Numbered from the stretch's first letter, positions 21,549 to 31,063 are shown. The stretch: DNA of 64,000 nt from Candidatus Poseidoniales archaeon (GCA_038106355.1 JAYODQ010000001.1:40683-104682), one strand, 5' to 3'. Notes: generated by a model from the sequence alone, not told the origin. Made by a program: numbers and translations.

Positions 21549-21612
21549 AATCCTTCCCCACAGCCTAATCTACTTGAACTCTCCTTTTCTAAGAAAATAG
21601 TTATTGAGTTCT

Positions 21613-22053
21613 TCATTCGATATCTTGCCTTAGTTGATTTCTGTTGAGTTCCTCATCCCAATTTGAACCTCTTACGTCTTGAATACAATCCTCACAACCA
21701 GGGTATCCTGCCTTAAGTAATTCTTCACAACAATTCAAAAAATCTTGAAGAAATCTTTCACATGGCAAGGGTATAAAGACATACGACAAGTCATCTGATT
21801 TTGTTTGAGATGCGATAAGAGATCCTTGCATTGATTGTATACTCCACGACGCACTCGTCGATGTGGTAAAAAGTGATGATTCAATTCGAGAAGGTAAATG
21901 TTCTTGAACGCTCAGGTCAAAAATGTGAATTTGTTGTTCAAATTGTTCAGGGAAAACAAAATTCACTTTTGAGGCCTTGAGAACTCGTCTTGAGACTTCC
22001 CGAACCGCTGGCCACAGAGGGTCTGTAATCCGCATCATTTGTAGCGAAAACAA
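21613..22053 (-). CDS. Hypothetical protein (Cys-rich C-terminus)
   Basis: 146 aa ORF, divergent from pyrD. C-terminal CERFLQDFLNCCEELLKAGYPGCEDC. No assignable family. Confidence 0.3.
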   Translation of the reverse strand: MFSLQMMRITDPLWPAVREVSRRVLKASKVNFVFPEQFEQQIHIFDLSVQEHLPSRIESSLFTTSTSASWSIQSMQGSLIASQTKSDDLSYVFIPLPCERFLQDFLNCCEELLKAGYPGCEDCIQDVRGSNWDEELNRNQLRQDIE

Positions 22054-22090
22054 GACAAGTTTTCAAACATGGTTCGTATCCCTTTCAAAG

Positions 22091-23215
22091 ATGGGGCTGT
22101 TTTATCGACTCTTCGTACGACCTGCCCTCAAATTTCAAGATTCGGAAAAAGCTCATCTTCGTTCAATCAAGACCCTCCGAATGAGTTCGCATTTTTTTGC
22201 GACTCGCTATCTTCTCAAAGGCCTCTATGATCCACGTCGCGATATGAACATTCAAGAATTCGGTCTGCATTTCACCAACCCATTTGGTGTAGCAGCAGGC
22301 ATGGACAAAAGCGCTCAAGCACTCTTGGGTTGGTCGTCACTCGGCGTTGGTTTCACTGAAATTGGTGGAATCACTGAGCATCAACAAGATGGGAATTTGA
22401 AACCAAGAATGTTTCGGGTTGATTCACATCAGGTCCTTATCAATCGAATGGGTTTCAATAACATCGGTTCGGATGCAATGGCTAATTTTTTATCCAATAA
22501 AGCCTCAAAAAGAAATTTGCATCATCAACCACTATGGGCAAATATTGGGAAATCAAAAATCACTGAACTATCAGATGCAAAACATGATTACGCTACGACA
22601 ATCGAAAGGCTATGGTCTCATGTTGATGTCTTTGTGGTCAACGTCTCATCTCCAAATACGCCTCAGCTAAGGGAATTACAAGACGAAACACATCTTTTGG
22701 ATTTACTTGAATTTTGTGAACATCGAAATCAGCGTATGGCTGAAAAATATAGTCGTCCACGAAAGCCAATGTTAGTAAAAGTCGCTCCTGATTTGGAGAC
22801 CCATGAATTGGAGGAAATCCTGACAACACTCATGAAGGCAAAATTCGATGGGATTGTTGTATGCAATACTACGACCGCTCGGCCAATATCTCAAAATTCG
22901 ATGGAGGAAAGGAAATTTAAAGAGGTAGGTGGATTAAGTGGAAGATTTCTTCATGAAAAATCGGTTGAAATGATTTCGCAGGCTTACAAATTCACACAAG
23001 GGAAACTTACCATTGTGGGGGTAGGGGGTATTATGAATGCAAATGATGCTATACGATCTATTCGTGCTGGAGCCACATTGATTCAAGCATACTCGAGTTT
23101 TGTTTTTTCAGGTCCGAGTATCGTCAAGACCATCGTTAGGGGTATTGAGAATGAGATGAAGAAAGAAAAAATCTCAAATTATCATGATCTTGTAGGAAGA
23201 GACCATGGTTTTTAA
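22091..23215 (+). CDS. pyrD: Dihydroorotate dehydrogenase (quinone), class 2
   Basis: GFTEIGGIT, NRMGFNN and VNVSSPNTP motifs, with an N-terminal membrane-association helix. Start set at ATG 22091 (MGLFYRL); the longer track ORF (21977) overlaps the divergent upstream gene. Confidence 0.85.
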   Translation: MGLFYRLFVRPALKFQDSEKAHLRSIKTLRMSSHFFATRYLLKGLYDPRRDMNIQEFGLHFTNPFGVAAGMDKSAQALLGWSSLGVGFTEIGGITEHQQDGNLKPRMFRVDSHQVLINRMGFNNIGSDAMANFLSNKASKRNLHHQPLWANIGKSKITELSDAKHDYATTIERLWSHVDVFVVNVSSPNTPQLRELQDETHLLDLLEFCEHRNQRMAEKYSRPRKPMLVKVAPDLETHELEEILTTLMKAKFDGIVVCNTTTARPISQNSMEERKFKEVGGLSGRFLHEKSVEMISQAYKFTQGKLTIVGVGGIMNANDAIRSIRAGATLIQAYSSFVFSGPSIVKTIVRGIENEMKKEKISNYHDLVGRDHGF

Positions 23216-23244
23216 TGCACGGTGTTACGCAAAAGGTGAGTGGA

Positions 23245-23628
23245 ATGTGGTCTCGTCGCAACCGTCTTCTCATCACTGGAGGATTTTTGACAATTTTACT
23301 CCTTTCCACTTTGTTGCTGGAAAGTCCCGAGCCCACACGGACTGTCGATGAAATTATGGAAAACCCTGAAACTTTTGTGGGCAAAGAAGTTGCACTTCGA
23401 GGCGAAGTGTTCGATGGAAGCTTAAACAACGATACCATGAGGTTTACTCTTGAAGGAGAATCGTCTATGATTGTGATCTCATTCAAAAACGCAGCAGTCT
23501 CCAATGGTTTAGATGACAATAGAACTGTTTATGCCGAAGGTAAAATTGTCAAAATGAACGGTGAATATGTACTCGAAGCCGTGACAATTAAGACATCCTG
23601 TCCTTCAAAATATGAGGCCGAATCTTGA
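23245..23628 (+). CDS. ccmE: CcmE-like OB-fold membrane protein with archaeal-type CxxxY motif (possible cytochrome c maturation heme chaperone)
   Basis: N-terminal TM (LLITGGFLTILLLSTLLL), NPETFVGKEVALRGEVFDGS OB-fold start, and C-terminal TSCPSKYE replacing the bacterial HxxxY. GGTGA lies upstream of ATG 23245. Confidence 0.45.
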   Translation: MWSRRNRLLITGGFLTILLLSTLLLESPEPTRTVDEIMENPETFVGKEVALRGEVFDGSLNNDTMRFTLEGESSMIVISFKNAAVSNGLDDNRTVYAEGKIVKMNGEYVLEAVTIKTSCPSKYEAES

Positions 23629-23648
23629 ATCTCATTACCATTGAATTG

Positions 23649-23654
23649 AAATAT
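23649..23654 (+). promoter_or_regulatory. TATA-like box (AAATAT) about 25 nt upstream of the proposed SRP RNA 5' end
   Basis: AT-rich element in an otherwise GC-rich stretch, placed at an archaeal promoter distance from the start of the GC-rich RNA. Confidence 0.3.
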
Positions 23655-23675
23655 GACCCGTTTGAACGATTGTCG

Positions 23676-23976
23676 GGATAGGTGGGGAGCTCGGCGTACC
23701 CTACATCACAAATCGTCGTTATGGTGGACCGAACGCCTTGGGGCGGCGAGAGCGGGCCCTTGGTTTCCACATGCGGACGTTGATGTCTCGCCCCCACATG
23801 ACCTGGGTGTCTTGAACCGTATCCGGAAGGAAACGGGAATGGAATAACCGGGGGACTAGGTCAGGCCGGGAACGGAGCAGCCCTACCTGGGGCCATGGGT
23901 GCTGTGGGGTAACGGGATGGAGAAAGTGTGTGGGCTTGGCCAGGGGCAACGGGCGTCCACCCTTGGCCCTCCCATT
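23676..23976 (+). ncRNA. ffs: Signal recognition particle RNA (7S / SRP RNA)
   Basis: A ~300-nt GC-rich island (about 60% GC) in a ~40% GC genome with no credible ORF. It contains the universally conserved helix-8 motif AGGUCAGGCCGGGAACGGAGCAGCC at 23858-23882 (compare E. coli 4.5S AGGUCAGGUCCGGAAGGAAGCAGCC). It ends in a T-run at 23975-23978. Boundaries are approximate, about ±10 nt. Confidence 0.7.
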
Positions 23977-24501
23977 TTACACATCGAAGATGACTTGGCT
24001 TATCCATGCAGGACCTTCAATTTCTGGGATTGAATGATCTTCGTGAAAGAAGGATTGATTTCTTTCTAGGATCCGAACGAAGTTGTTGTGTGATGTGACT
24101 GCTTTTATTTCGGTTTCGGGGGTGTACACGTCTGAATTGATAAAGATGACATCGGCGTGAATTTGACAACCGTTTCCTGTGTGTTGCATCGAAATTTTCC
24201 CATCGAGATACCATTGCTTTTGAATCTCCCTTCGAAATAAGATTTCATCGAGCCATCGAATCATAATCATCTCCTTGTCGATGGGGCCATCAAAGATTGA
24301 ATTCCATTGTCCATTGCGAACATCTTGATGTGGCTCGATATTGTACAACGAAGGAGCTAAAATAGACATCATACCTTTTGCTGATTGGTCCATGAGCTCC
24401 TCAAAAGTAGGTGCATAACTAAACACTCCCACGTCAGCGGTGGTTGGAAACTGAATAAATCCCAAATTCTCACCTATCGTTTGGAGACTTGAAGATTCCA
24501 A
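23977..24501 (-). CDS. Archease (tRNA-splicing ligase activator)
   Basis: N-terminal TTADVGVFSYAPTFEELMDQSAKGMMSIL and C-terminal TEIKAVTSH match the archease HTAD...EVKAxTYH signature. Confidence 0.7.
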   Translation of the reverse strand: MESSSLQTIGENLGFIQFPTTADVGVFSYAPTFEELMDQSAKGMMSILAPSLYNIEPHQDVRNGQWNSIFDGPIDKEMIMIRWLDEILFRREIQKQWYLDGKISMQHTGNGCQIHADVIFINSDVYTPETEIKAVTSHNNFVRILERNQSFFHEDHSIPEIEGPAWISQVIFDV

Positions 24502-25535
24502 GCGTGTTCTCCAATGCGATGCAATAATTCTTGTCGTGTAATGACGAAATTTCTCATTTCTTCTGCCGTCAATATGCTTTCACAGGTTGCATTGATCAAA
24601 TACGCCGTATTTTCAACATCAAACTTGTGATACAAAGCCACAGCGATAGCTACAGCTGCTGCATCCAATAAGCCGATGAGTTGTCGAACCTCGGAAATCG
24701 TGCATGGTGCATGAACAGTAACTTCATTCTTAGAATAAATTGTTACTCCATCTATTCCTGAAACGACCACGAGATGTGACCAATGATACTCATGCATGAG
24801 TTGATTGGCTGTATCTTCATCAGAATCTGCACCCAACCTTCTTCGCATCAATTCCATCCCTTGTTGTTGGAATACAACCCATTCCACATTTTGGGTACGA
24901 TGCAGACCAGTCAATTTCGGGTCAGCGATGATAGGGACACCGCTCTTTTTGGCACTTTGAATGAGACTCACGGTGTCCTCGTCGGTAACGACGCCGAGTC
25001 CGTAATCCGATAGAATCAAAGCGGCGGCTCCATCAATGGTTTGGCTTACTTTCGTATACAGTTCTCGAAGGGCTACCGATGGAACTGGATTGTCATCTTC
25101 GATGTCCCAGCGAAGCATCAGTTGCTCATCTCCAATCAAACTCTTTCTGCTACCAAGTAAACGGGTCTTGACTGTAGTTGTATACTCCTCAATTACAATT
25201 GTGTTTTCAGTCGATAGTTGTGCCTCTTCAAGCGATTGAAGAATGAGTTCACCTGTTTCATCGTCACCAACAACTCCAAACAAATTTGTATCAAATCCCA
25301 TTGAAGCAAGTCCTCTAGCCACATGCGCTGCCGCTCCTGCATCTTCCTCTCTGCTGGTTTCTCGAAGAACTGGCACTGGTGCTCTTGAATTCAAATTTTG
25401 AACGACACCATGGATATACCTGTCAAGGACGATATCTCCAACAAGTACAACTTTTCCCTGTGAGGGTTGAGCGAGTGCCTTTTTCATCATTGAAAATCTG
25501 TCGTATAATTTTTGGTCGTCGTCTGTCATTCCCAA
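24474..25535 (-). CDS. PfkB-family carbohydrate kinase, RfaE/HldE kinase-domain-like (sugar or heptose phosphate kinase)
   Basis: GKVVLVGDIVLDRYIHG...APVPVL...GAAAHVARGLASMG matches HldE domain I. C-terminal DxG/anion-hole region is present. Confidence 0.6.
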   Translation of the reverse strand: MGMTDDDQKLYDRFSMMKKALAQPSQGKVVLVGDIVLDRYIHGVVQNLNSRAPVPVLRETSREEDAGAAAHVARGLASMGFDTNLFGVVGDDETGELILQSLEEAQLSTENTIVIEEYTTTVKTRLLGSRKSLIGDEQLMLRWDIEDDNPVPSVALRELYTKVSQTIDGAAALILSDYGLGVVTDEDTVSLIQSAKKSGVPIIADPKLTGLHRTQNVEWVVFQQQGMELMRRRLGADSDEDTANQLMHEYHWSHLVVVSGIDGVTIYSKNEVTVHAPCTISEVRQLIGLLDAAAVAIAVALYHKFDVENTAYLINATCESILTAEEMRNFVITRQELLHRIGEHAWNLQVSKR

Positions 25536-25541
25536 TTGCCA

Positions 25542-26492
25542 TCAACTCCGTATTTCCTCTAACAATTCTAAGTGTTCATCTTCAGTAATTCCAAATTGAG
25601 TTCGTAATGTGTACAACAGGGCTTGTTCATCATCAGTGATTATTCCATCAAGCAAGGCCGTTTTTAAGGCTTCTTTGTACACCGGGAGATGAGGATTTTC
25701 GCTGTGTGCAACTTTAGCGAGTTCGAGCAGCCTTTGATGGGCCGATGTATCGATTCCAAATGCAGTTCTCATCGTTTCAAGCAATCCAAATTCTTCACCC
25801 TGAATTTCGCCATCCTCTAATGCTTGAATGAGCATTTCAAGATAAATCTCCTCAGGCTCAGGTGCCACAACTTCTCCTCTTGCTTCCTCAGAGATGAGTA
25901 ATACTCTTTTTGGATGAATTCCCCAAAACTGGACGACCTCATTGAGGAGACTTTGTTCATCTTTTGTTATTTTACCATCCTCCCAAGCCCTAGCAAAAAG
26001 GCGTCGAATTAATTCTTCGACCAATTTACCGTTGGCGGATAAATCGCCATCGGGCTCTGAAACTGGGGATACGAGAGGTTGTTCATGCCAAACTCCATCC
26101 TCGTCGATATGAGATAGAATTTTTAGCCAACTTCCTAAGGAGGGGAAGTGCAATGAAAATTCTTTACGTAAGCCATCCTTCTGAACGTCTAGTTTTTTGA
26201 TATGTTTCGTAAGTTCGTGACAGGCTTCAAATCCGATTGATGTTAATTCATACGTACGTTTTCTTTGCCTTTCTCCTGCGATGTGCCTAAGTTCAAATTT
26301 AATGAGTTTTTTATCTTCTAATTTTTTTAATGTCCTCGAAATATGTTTTCGTTGAACAAAAATTGCTGCTGCAATTCCGATTTGAGTAACTTCTACTGGT
26401 GCATCATAGGAACTCGTTCGTATTTGATGTTCGTACAGGTGAAGCAAAGTTCGTTGATCTGCAGAGAACTGCCCAAGTAATCCTTTGACCAC
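25542..26492 (-). CDS. Winged-helix DNA-binding protein with three C-terminal TerB-like repeats
   Basis: N-terminal wHTH-like segment (IGIAAAIFVQRKHISRTLKKLEDKKLI). Three tandem units DGKITKDEQSLLNEVVQFWGI / DGEIQGEEFGLLETMRTAFGI / DGIITDDEQALLYTLRTQFGI. Confidence 0.4.
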   Translation of the reverse strand: MVKGLLGQFSADQRTLLHLYEHQIRTSSYDAPVEVTQIGIAAAIFVQRKHISRTLKKLEDKKLIKFELRHIAGERQRKRTYELTSIGFEACHELTKHIKKLDVQKDGLRKEFSLHFPSLGSWLKILSHIDEDGVWHEQPLVSPVSEPDGDLSANGKLVEELIRRLFARAWEDGKITKDEQSLLNEVVQFWGIHPKRVLLISEEARGEVVAPEPEEIYLEMLIQALEDGEIQGEEFGLLETMRTAFGIDTSAHQRLLELAKVAHSENPHLPVYKEALKTALLDGIITDDEQALLYTLRTQFGITEDEHLELLEEIRS

Positions 26493-26555
26493 ACCCTCAC
26501 CTAAAAGTCCGAATCGATGCTATCACATAGCACAATCGGTGTCTTTGATTCATGA

Positions 26556-27701
26556 ATGGTGCGACGACATCAAAAACAATTGTCAACACCAATGGCCATG
26601 GGCGGAAACAGCCGTCAATTTACTCCTCGGGTTCGACCCGTTCGAAGTTTGGGTGAACCACGTACACCAAACGCTCCACCACAATCATCCATTGAAGCTC
26701 CAAAATTGGTGCATGGAAAATGGGAACTTGACTTGCCGCTTGCACAACGTCTTTACCAAAAGAGCGGAATTGGGATGTTTGAACAATCGAAATTCACCAT
26801 TAATCATTATGAATTGGTTTTTTGTTTTTGGTATCGTCATGTTCCTCTGCCAAAATCATTTCATTTTGAGAATTTAATCAAAGAATTCCCCTCGCTCCCT
26901 TATGAAATCGTCATCTATGACGTGCTCCGAAACGGAGGAAATATTCTCGTTCCCAATGAAAATCTAATGCATAGAGAGTTTGTTTTACCCGACCATTCAT
27001 GGGGTGCTTTTTGGGACCGTTCCATGAAATGGCAGAGTTCTGTGCCATTAGGTGCATTGCGATGGGTCCACAGTTCTGAAATCATCGACTGGAATGAATT
27101 GATTGATTGGTCAACATCGTGTTTTGATTTGGGTATTGAAGCACTACTCGTTGTGATTGATGGGGAAATGGATGTGACATCCTACAAAATTGAACAATTG
27201 AATCCTTTTGGTGGACATGATTCTCCTGAAACATTGGACGGCCGTTCCAAAGCCGAACTTGAGCTTCAACTCAAATCCATTCGTAGAACAAAGGAGGGGT
27301 GGTATCTACCTTCACAAGCGAGGGAGTGGCCCCTTCCATCGTTTGGTGTATCTCATTTGTCAGGTTTGTTTTTTTCAAATGAGGAAGTTGAATTTCTACG
27401 GGAATCAAATAATTTTGAGAAAACAGATAAAAAATCACTCTATGCTGATCTTGTTCGAAGAGGATTGATGTTGCGCCCGGGATTCAAATTCGGATGCTGT
27501 TGGAGAGCCTATTCAGCCCCGATGGAAGATGAACATGCTCCGTATCTCATTCCAGATATCGACCATTTGCCCTACAATTTCGAATCCCTCTGCCTATCCT
27601 TGCGCCTATCAGAAGGCGTGAACAAAGCCTGGGCTTATCCCTATTCCAATATCGATAGAGAATGGAAGTACATGACGATCTCTCGATGGAATTCATCCTA
27701 A
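26556..27701 (+). CDS. endA: tRNA-splicing endonuclease, long (two-repeat, alpha2-like) form
   Basis: C-terminal catalytic module RRGLMLRPGFKFGCCWRAYS...H...Y...K matches the EndA GxKFG/Y/H/K core. The N-terminal ~200 aa is a probable degenerate repeat. Confidence 0.55.
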   Translation: MVRRHQKQLSTPMAMGGNSRQFTPRVRPVRSLGEPRTPNAPPQSSIEAPKLVHGKWELDLPLAQRLYQKSGIGMFEQSKFTINHYELVFCFWYRHVPLPKSFHFENLIKEFPSLPYEIVIYDVLRNGGNILVPNENLMHREFVLPDHSWGAFWDRSMKWQSSVPLGALRWVHSSEIIDWNELIDWSTSCFDLGIEALLVVIDGEMDVTSYKIEQLNPFGGHDSPETLDGRSKAELELQLKSIRRTKEGWYLPSQAREWPLPSFGVSHLSGLFFSNEEVEFLRESNNFEKTDKKSLYADLVRRGLMLRPGFKFGCCWRAYSAPMEDEHAPYLIPDIDHLPYNFESLCLSLRLSEGVNKAWAYPYSNIDREWKYMTISRWNSS

Positions 27702-29824
27702 TCAAGTCGCCTTCCCCAAGCATCGAATTCAATAGATTGGGAGGGCTCAACGGAAGAGAAATTGTTTTCAAATTCAGTGATTTGCTGAGGAGAATGTTTT
27801 TTCTCCTTCTTCCAAAAAGTTACGGTTGTTGACACAAAATACACAAAGCCTGTGAAACCCAAAAATGTAGCAGTGACCGTTGATGGTTTGTCCAAAAAAT
27901 CGATGAGTGGTTCTTCTGAGTCCGTCGTTAAGTAAATCTGGTATCTCCATTCTTTGATGCCAGCCAATTGAAGAATGATTGTTCCTTCAACAATCATGTT
28001 ACTAACGAGAAGGTCATTCGGCTCGACAACAAGTTGAATTGTCGTTGCTTCAGATCCCAGCTGAATCGTATTCATATCATTGGTGACTCGTGCGAGTGGG
28101 CCTTCTATTTTTACATCAAAAGTTTCAATTCCATCCCCGATAAACGGGAATGGAATTTGGAGAATTGTTGATTCCGTGTATCGAATTTTAGCCTTATATT
28201 GTTCCGTTGGGAGGGGAATAATTTCGGAATATAGCATACGGTGATGCAAATGTACAACACCGTTTGAACAAGAAATCGAGCCAGAAAGAATGACAGAATC
28301 TTTTGCTTGTGCTGGCTGGTCAAAAGAAATTGTTGCTAAGGTTTCAGTGTGCAGTACCGTTGCACTACGTCCATCATTTGTCTGTAAATTGAATTCACAC
28401 GGTTCAACAAAATCCCCCTTCATGGTAAACGGGGATGATGGTTCATGAAGTGAAACAAAATCTTCGAGGTCGAGATTGAGAAATTGTGAGCAGTTGGGAG
28501 CAAAGAATTGAATTTCTTGATGAGTCTCATTCAAGTGAACTTCAGCAATCCAGTCCACACGAATTCCATCATGATTGAAAATCAGTACGCCAGATGCCCC
28601 AAATGTCGAACCATTTTGGAACAAATCATCCCGCTCACCCTCGTTGACCCCATTGATGACGTCATTTGCGTTATCAGCCTCAATAGCTACCAAGTAGGGT
28701 GTGTTAGGATTTTGATTCACGGAATTTTCTACAAGATTCCCAACCGATGTATCTTGAAACGTAACAAGAAATCCACTTCCGGGTAATGAAGCATCAAATC
28801 CCTCTTGTGTCCGTAATTCAATCCAAATGTATTCTTGTTCCCCTATTGGAATTTTGATAGCCTTGCCGCCTTCACTTCTTCCATCAAAATTAATCGTAGG
28901 GCCAAAGCAAGGTGCATCGGAATTTCTTGGCCATTGTAAATCAACATCATTGTGAATTGGCATTCCTATGAGTTCCATTGAAGCTGCTGAAGGGAGTGAC
29001 GGCGTTCTCCCATCATCATTCCAATTTCCACTTGACATGATATCCCAAATTCCCATGCCATTCCAGTACGAATAGTCGCTATCCTCTGAGGGATACAAAT
29101 CAGCTGCACCCATTTGGTGCAACATTTCATGGAGGAGTGTACCAATTCCATTTTGTCCTGATTTCAAACTTGCCATTGTGTAATGATTGATGGAATAACC
29201 ATCATTTGTTATGTATGGTTCTTCAAAATAACTAAAATGACTCCAAATTCTGTTTGAGTTACTCACGCCTTCTTCCTGCCCTCTTGTCGAGTGGAGGATA
29301 AGCAACCTATCGACTACTTTGTCGCCATTGATATCAAAATCCACCCAGTTTACTGATTGCTCAACATTTGAAACTGCTTCTTCGGCCAAAAATTGAGGCA
29401 TGAATTCTCCCTGAGTTGTGTCACGTTCCCCACCTTCATCAGCACCGTAATAACTCAGTGAATTTGATGCTCGAGTGATGATATCGTGGACGACAATGTT
29501 GAGATGAACTTGACGACCAGTTGATTCTTCAAAGTAAGATGGTGCATTCTCTTCGAGGAGTTGCTGTGCTTGAGCAACTGAACTTTGGTCTGAACGATCA
29601 TGTGAGAAATCAACGAGCAGAACAAGCCATGATTCATTCACATCAAAACCTACCAAACTCATTTCATCTTCTCTATCAATGTCGTATTTGATAGAGTCAA
29701 ATGCATCATCTATCATGTCACTTTGGAGGGTAGTTAATATTGAGAGGCCGAAAAACAAACATGCTATGAAGTAGCCAAGAATCTGCTTTTTTAGCATGAT
29801 GATAACTCCATCAAATGTTTTCAT
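27698..29824 (-). CDS. Membrane-anchored secreted zinc metalloprotease (HExxH; M6/InhA-like)
   Basis: N-terminal signal anchor, HEMLHQMGAADLYP zincin motif, C-terminal TM (FLGFTGFVYFVSTTVTFW) plus basic tail. 708 aa. Confidence 0.5.
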   Translation of the reverse strand: MKTFDGVIIMLKKQILGYFIACLFFGLSILTTLQSDMIDDAFDSIKYDIDREDEMSLVGFDVNESWLVLLVDFSHDRSDQSSVAQAQQLLEENAPSYFEESTGRQVHLNIVVHDIITRASNSLSYYGADEGGERDTTQGEFMPQFLAEEAVSNVEQSVNWVDFDINGDKVVDRLLILHSTRGQEEGVSNSNRIWSHFSYFEEPYITNDGYSINHYTMASLKSGQNGIGTLLHEMLHQMGAADLYPSEDSDYSYWNGMGIWDIMSSGNWNDDGRTPSLPSAASMELIGMPIHNDVDLQWPRNSDAPCFGPTINFDGRSEGGKAIKIPIGEQEYIWIELRTQEGFDASLPGSGFLVTFQDTSVGNLVENSVNQNPNTPYLVAIEADNANDVINGVNEGERDDLFQNGSTFGASGVLIFNHDGIRVDWIAEVHLNETHQEIQFFAPNCSQFLNLDLEDFVSLHEPSSPFTMKGDFVEPCEFNLQTNDGRSATVLHTETLATISFDQPAQAKDSVILSGSISCSNGVVHLHHRMLYSEIIPLPTEQYKAKIRYTESTILQIPFPFIGDGIETFDVKIEGPLARVTNDMNTIQLGSEATTIQLVVEPNDLLVSNMIVEGTIILQLAGIKEWRYQIYLTTDSEEPLIDFLDKPSTVTATFLGFTGFVYFVSTTVTFWKKEKKHSPQQITEFENNFSSVEPSQSIEFDAWGRRLD

Positions 29825-31061
29825 TTCCTCGAAGTGTTTGAATTATTTTTGTGTTGACTTCAAGGGGTAGATTCGAATTTTTTGAATCAACAATACATTG
29901 CTCCCCATATATGGCCTGCAATTCGACATATTTTTTTGTTGCAGTATCTTGGCCGTAGATGCATTCACTTGTCAATAATTGGTTCTCAAAATCCGATTGT
30001 TGAATTAAGTTTTGACCTTTCCTATGTACAATTGAATGCAAATTTAACCCAATTTTCTGAACTTCAAGCCGATTTAAATTTTCATTAAATCTTTGTGGGC
30101 AAGCATTTCCATCGCAACCAAGAATGGTAAGGTGCGTACATCGGTTATGTATCAATTGATGCATAACCTCATTTCTCGAGGTTGGTAAAGTACAGATTGA
30201 TTGAGTTTGAATCAATTTCATTCCGCTCTTTGGAATGATATTTGAATATTTCATCGCATGGTCGCAACTGCAATCAACAAGTAAATTCCGAATCCTTTTG
30301 CCTTCAGAATCGAGTATATCTTCAATCCCACCTATCGATTTTCCAATCTTGATTGTAAAAGACAGTATGATTTTTGTCAATAGGATATAAGCAATAGCAA
30401 GCATCAGTCCATTTTGAAGTTCAAAGGTTGATACGGAAGCAAGAATAAGTAGCGAGCCGAAACCAAAAATTCGGACCGACCACAATGTGTTATTTTCATG
30501 AGTCAGTATACCAAATATATGCAATAATAAAAATGCAGAATATGTTAATGTTAGCAGAAGCAGAAAAAGGGAGAGGTTCATCCAAATGGATAGCATACTC
30601 ACAATATCGTATTTTGGTTCCAATCCTAGTCCAAGATGAAAGTTGTGCCCTTGTTCAAAGAGCAACTTGGCAAAAAGAAGAGAGAGCAAAGAAATGAATA
30701 GAACTGCAATCTCAGTAATACTAAGCCAATATTTGAACATTTTACGTTCCTTTGGCAAAAGACCCGATTTAGCAAATTGGTAAGCGTGATACATGATCAT
30801 TGGACTCACTGAGATGATGCCCAATAAGATGGTCGAAAACCATCGAATGCGACTCCATTGAGTTGGGTCGTAAATATTGAGGCAAGATGAATGGCAGACT
30901 GTAAAATATTGTACGAGGCGAAGTAATGCATCATCGATATACATCGACCAAAGCCCTATGCAAAGCATCGATGACACAAAGATAATCGTTATACGAAGTG
31001 CTAATTCATCAAAGTGAGAATAAATACTTTCATCGAAATCATCATCGCTAAGGAATGACAT
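29811..31061 (-). CDS. tatC: Twin-arginine translocase subunit TatC with ~170 aa Cys/His-rich C-terminal extension
   Basis: HFDELALRITIIFV (TatC HLxELRxR motif), SVSPMIMYHAYQFAKSGLLPKERK (TatC PxxxYQxWxFxxPxLxxxER), and six TM helices. The extension carries CSCDH...C...H...H..C.H...GCDGNAC. Start set at Met 31059-31061, abutting the upstream stop. Confidence 0.65.
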   Translation of the reverse strand: MSFLSDDDFDESIYSHFDELALRITIIFVSSMLCIGLWSMYIDDALLRLVQYFTVCHSSCLNIYDPTQWSRIRWFSTILLGIISVSPMIMYHAYQFAKSGLLPKERKMFKYWLSITEIAVLFISLLSLLFAKLLFEQGHNFHLGLGLEPKYDIVSMLSIWMNLSLFLLLLTLTYSAFLLLHIFGILTHENNTLWSVRIFGFGSLLILASVSTFELQNGLMLAIAYILLTKIILSFTIKIGKSIGGIEDILDSEGKRIRNLLVDCSCDHAMKYSNIIPKSGMKLIQTQSICTLPTSRNEVMHQLIHNRCTHLTILGCDGNACPQRFNENLNRLEVQKIGLNLHSIVHRKGQNLIQQSDFENQLLTSECIYGQDTATKKYVELQAIYGEQCIVDSKNSNLPLEVNTKIIQTLRGNENI

Positions 31062-31063
31062 GT

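Noticed and set aside
21977-22090. Longer pyrD start at 21977
   Set aside because: It would overlap the divergent 21613-22053 gene by 77 nt. Homology to DHODH begins only after Met 22091.
23653-23949. ORFs 23653-23847 (+), 23588-23797 (-) and 23719-23949 (-) inside the GC-rich island
   Set aside because: They lie entirely within the SRP RNA gene. They are Arg/Pro/Gly-rich artefacts of translating a GC-rich structured RNA, and none has an upstream translation-initiation context.
23640-23980. Possibility that the GC-rich island is RNase P RNA or a tRNA cluster
   Set aside because: There is no P4-type AGGAAAGUCCGGGCUCC element and no cloverleaf. The helix-8 SRP motif is present instead.
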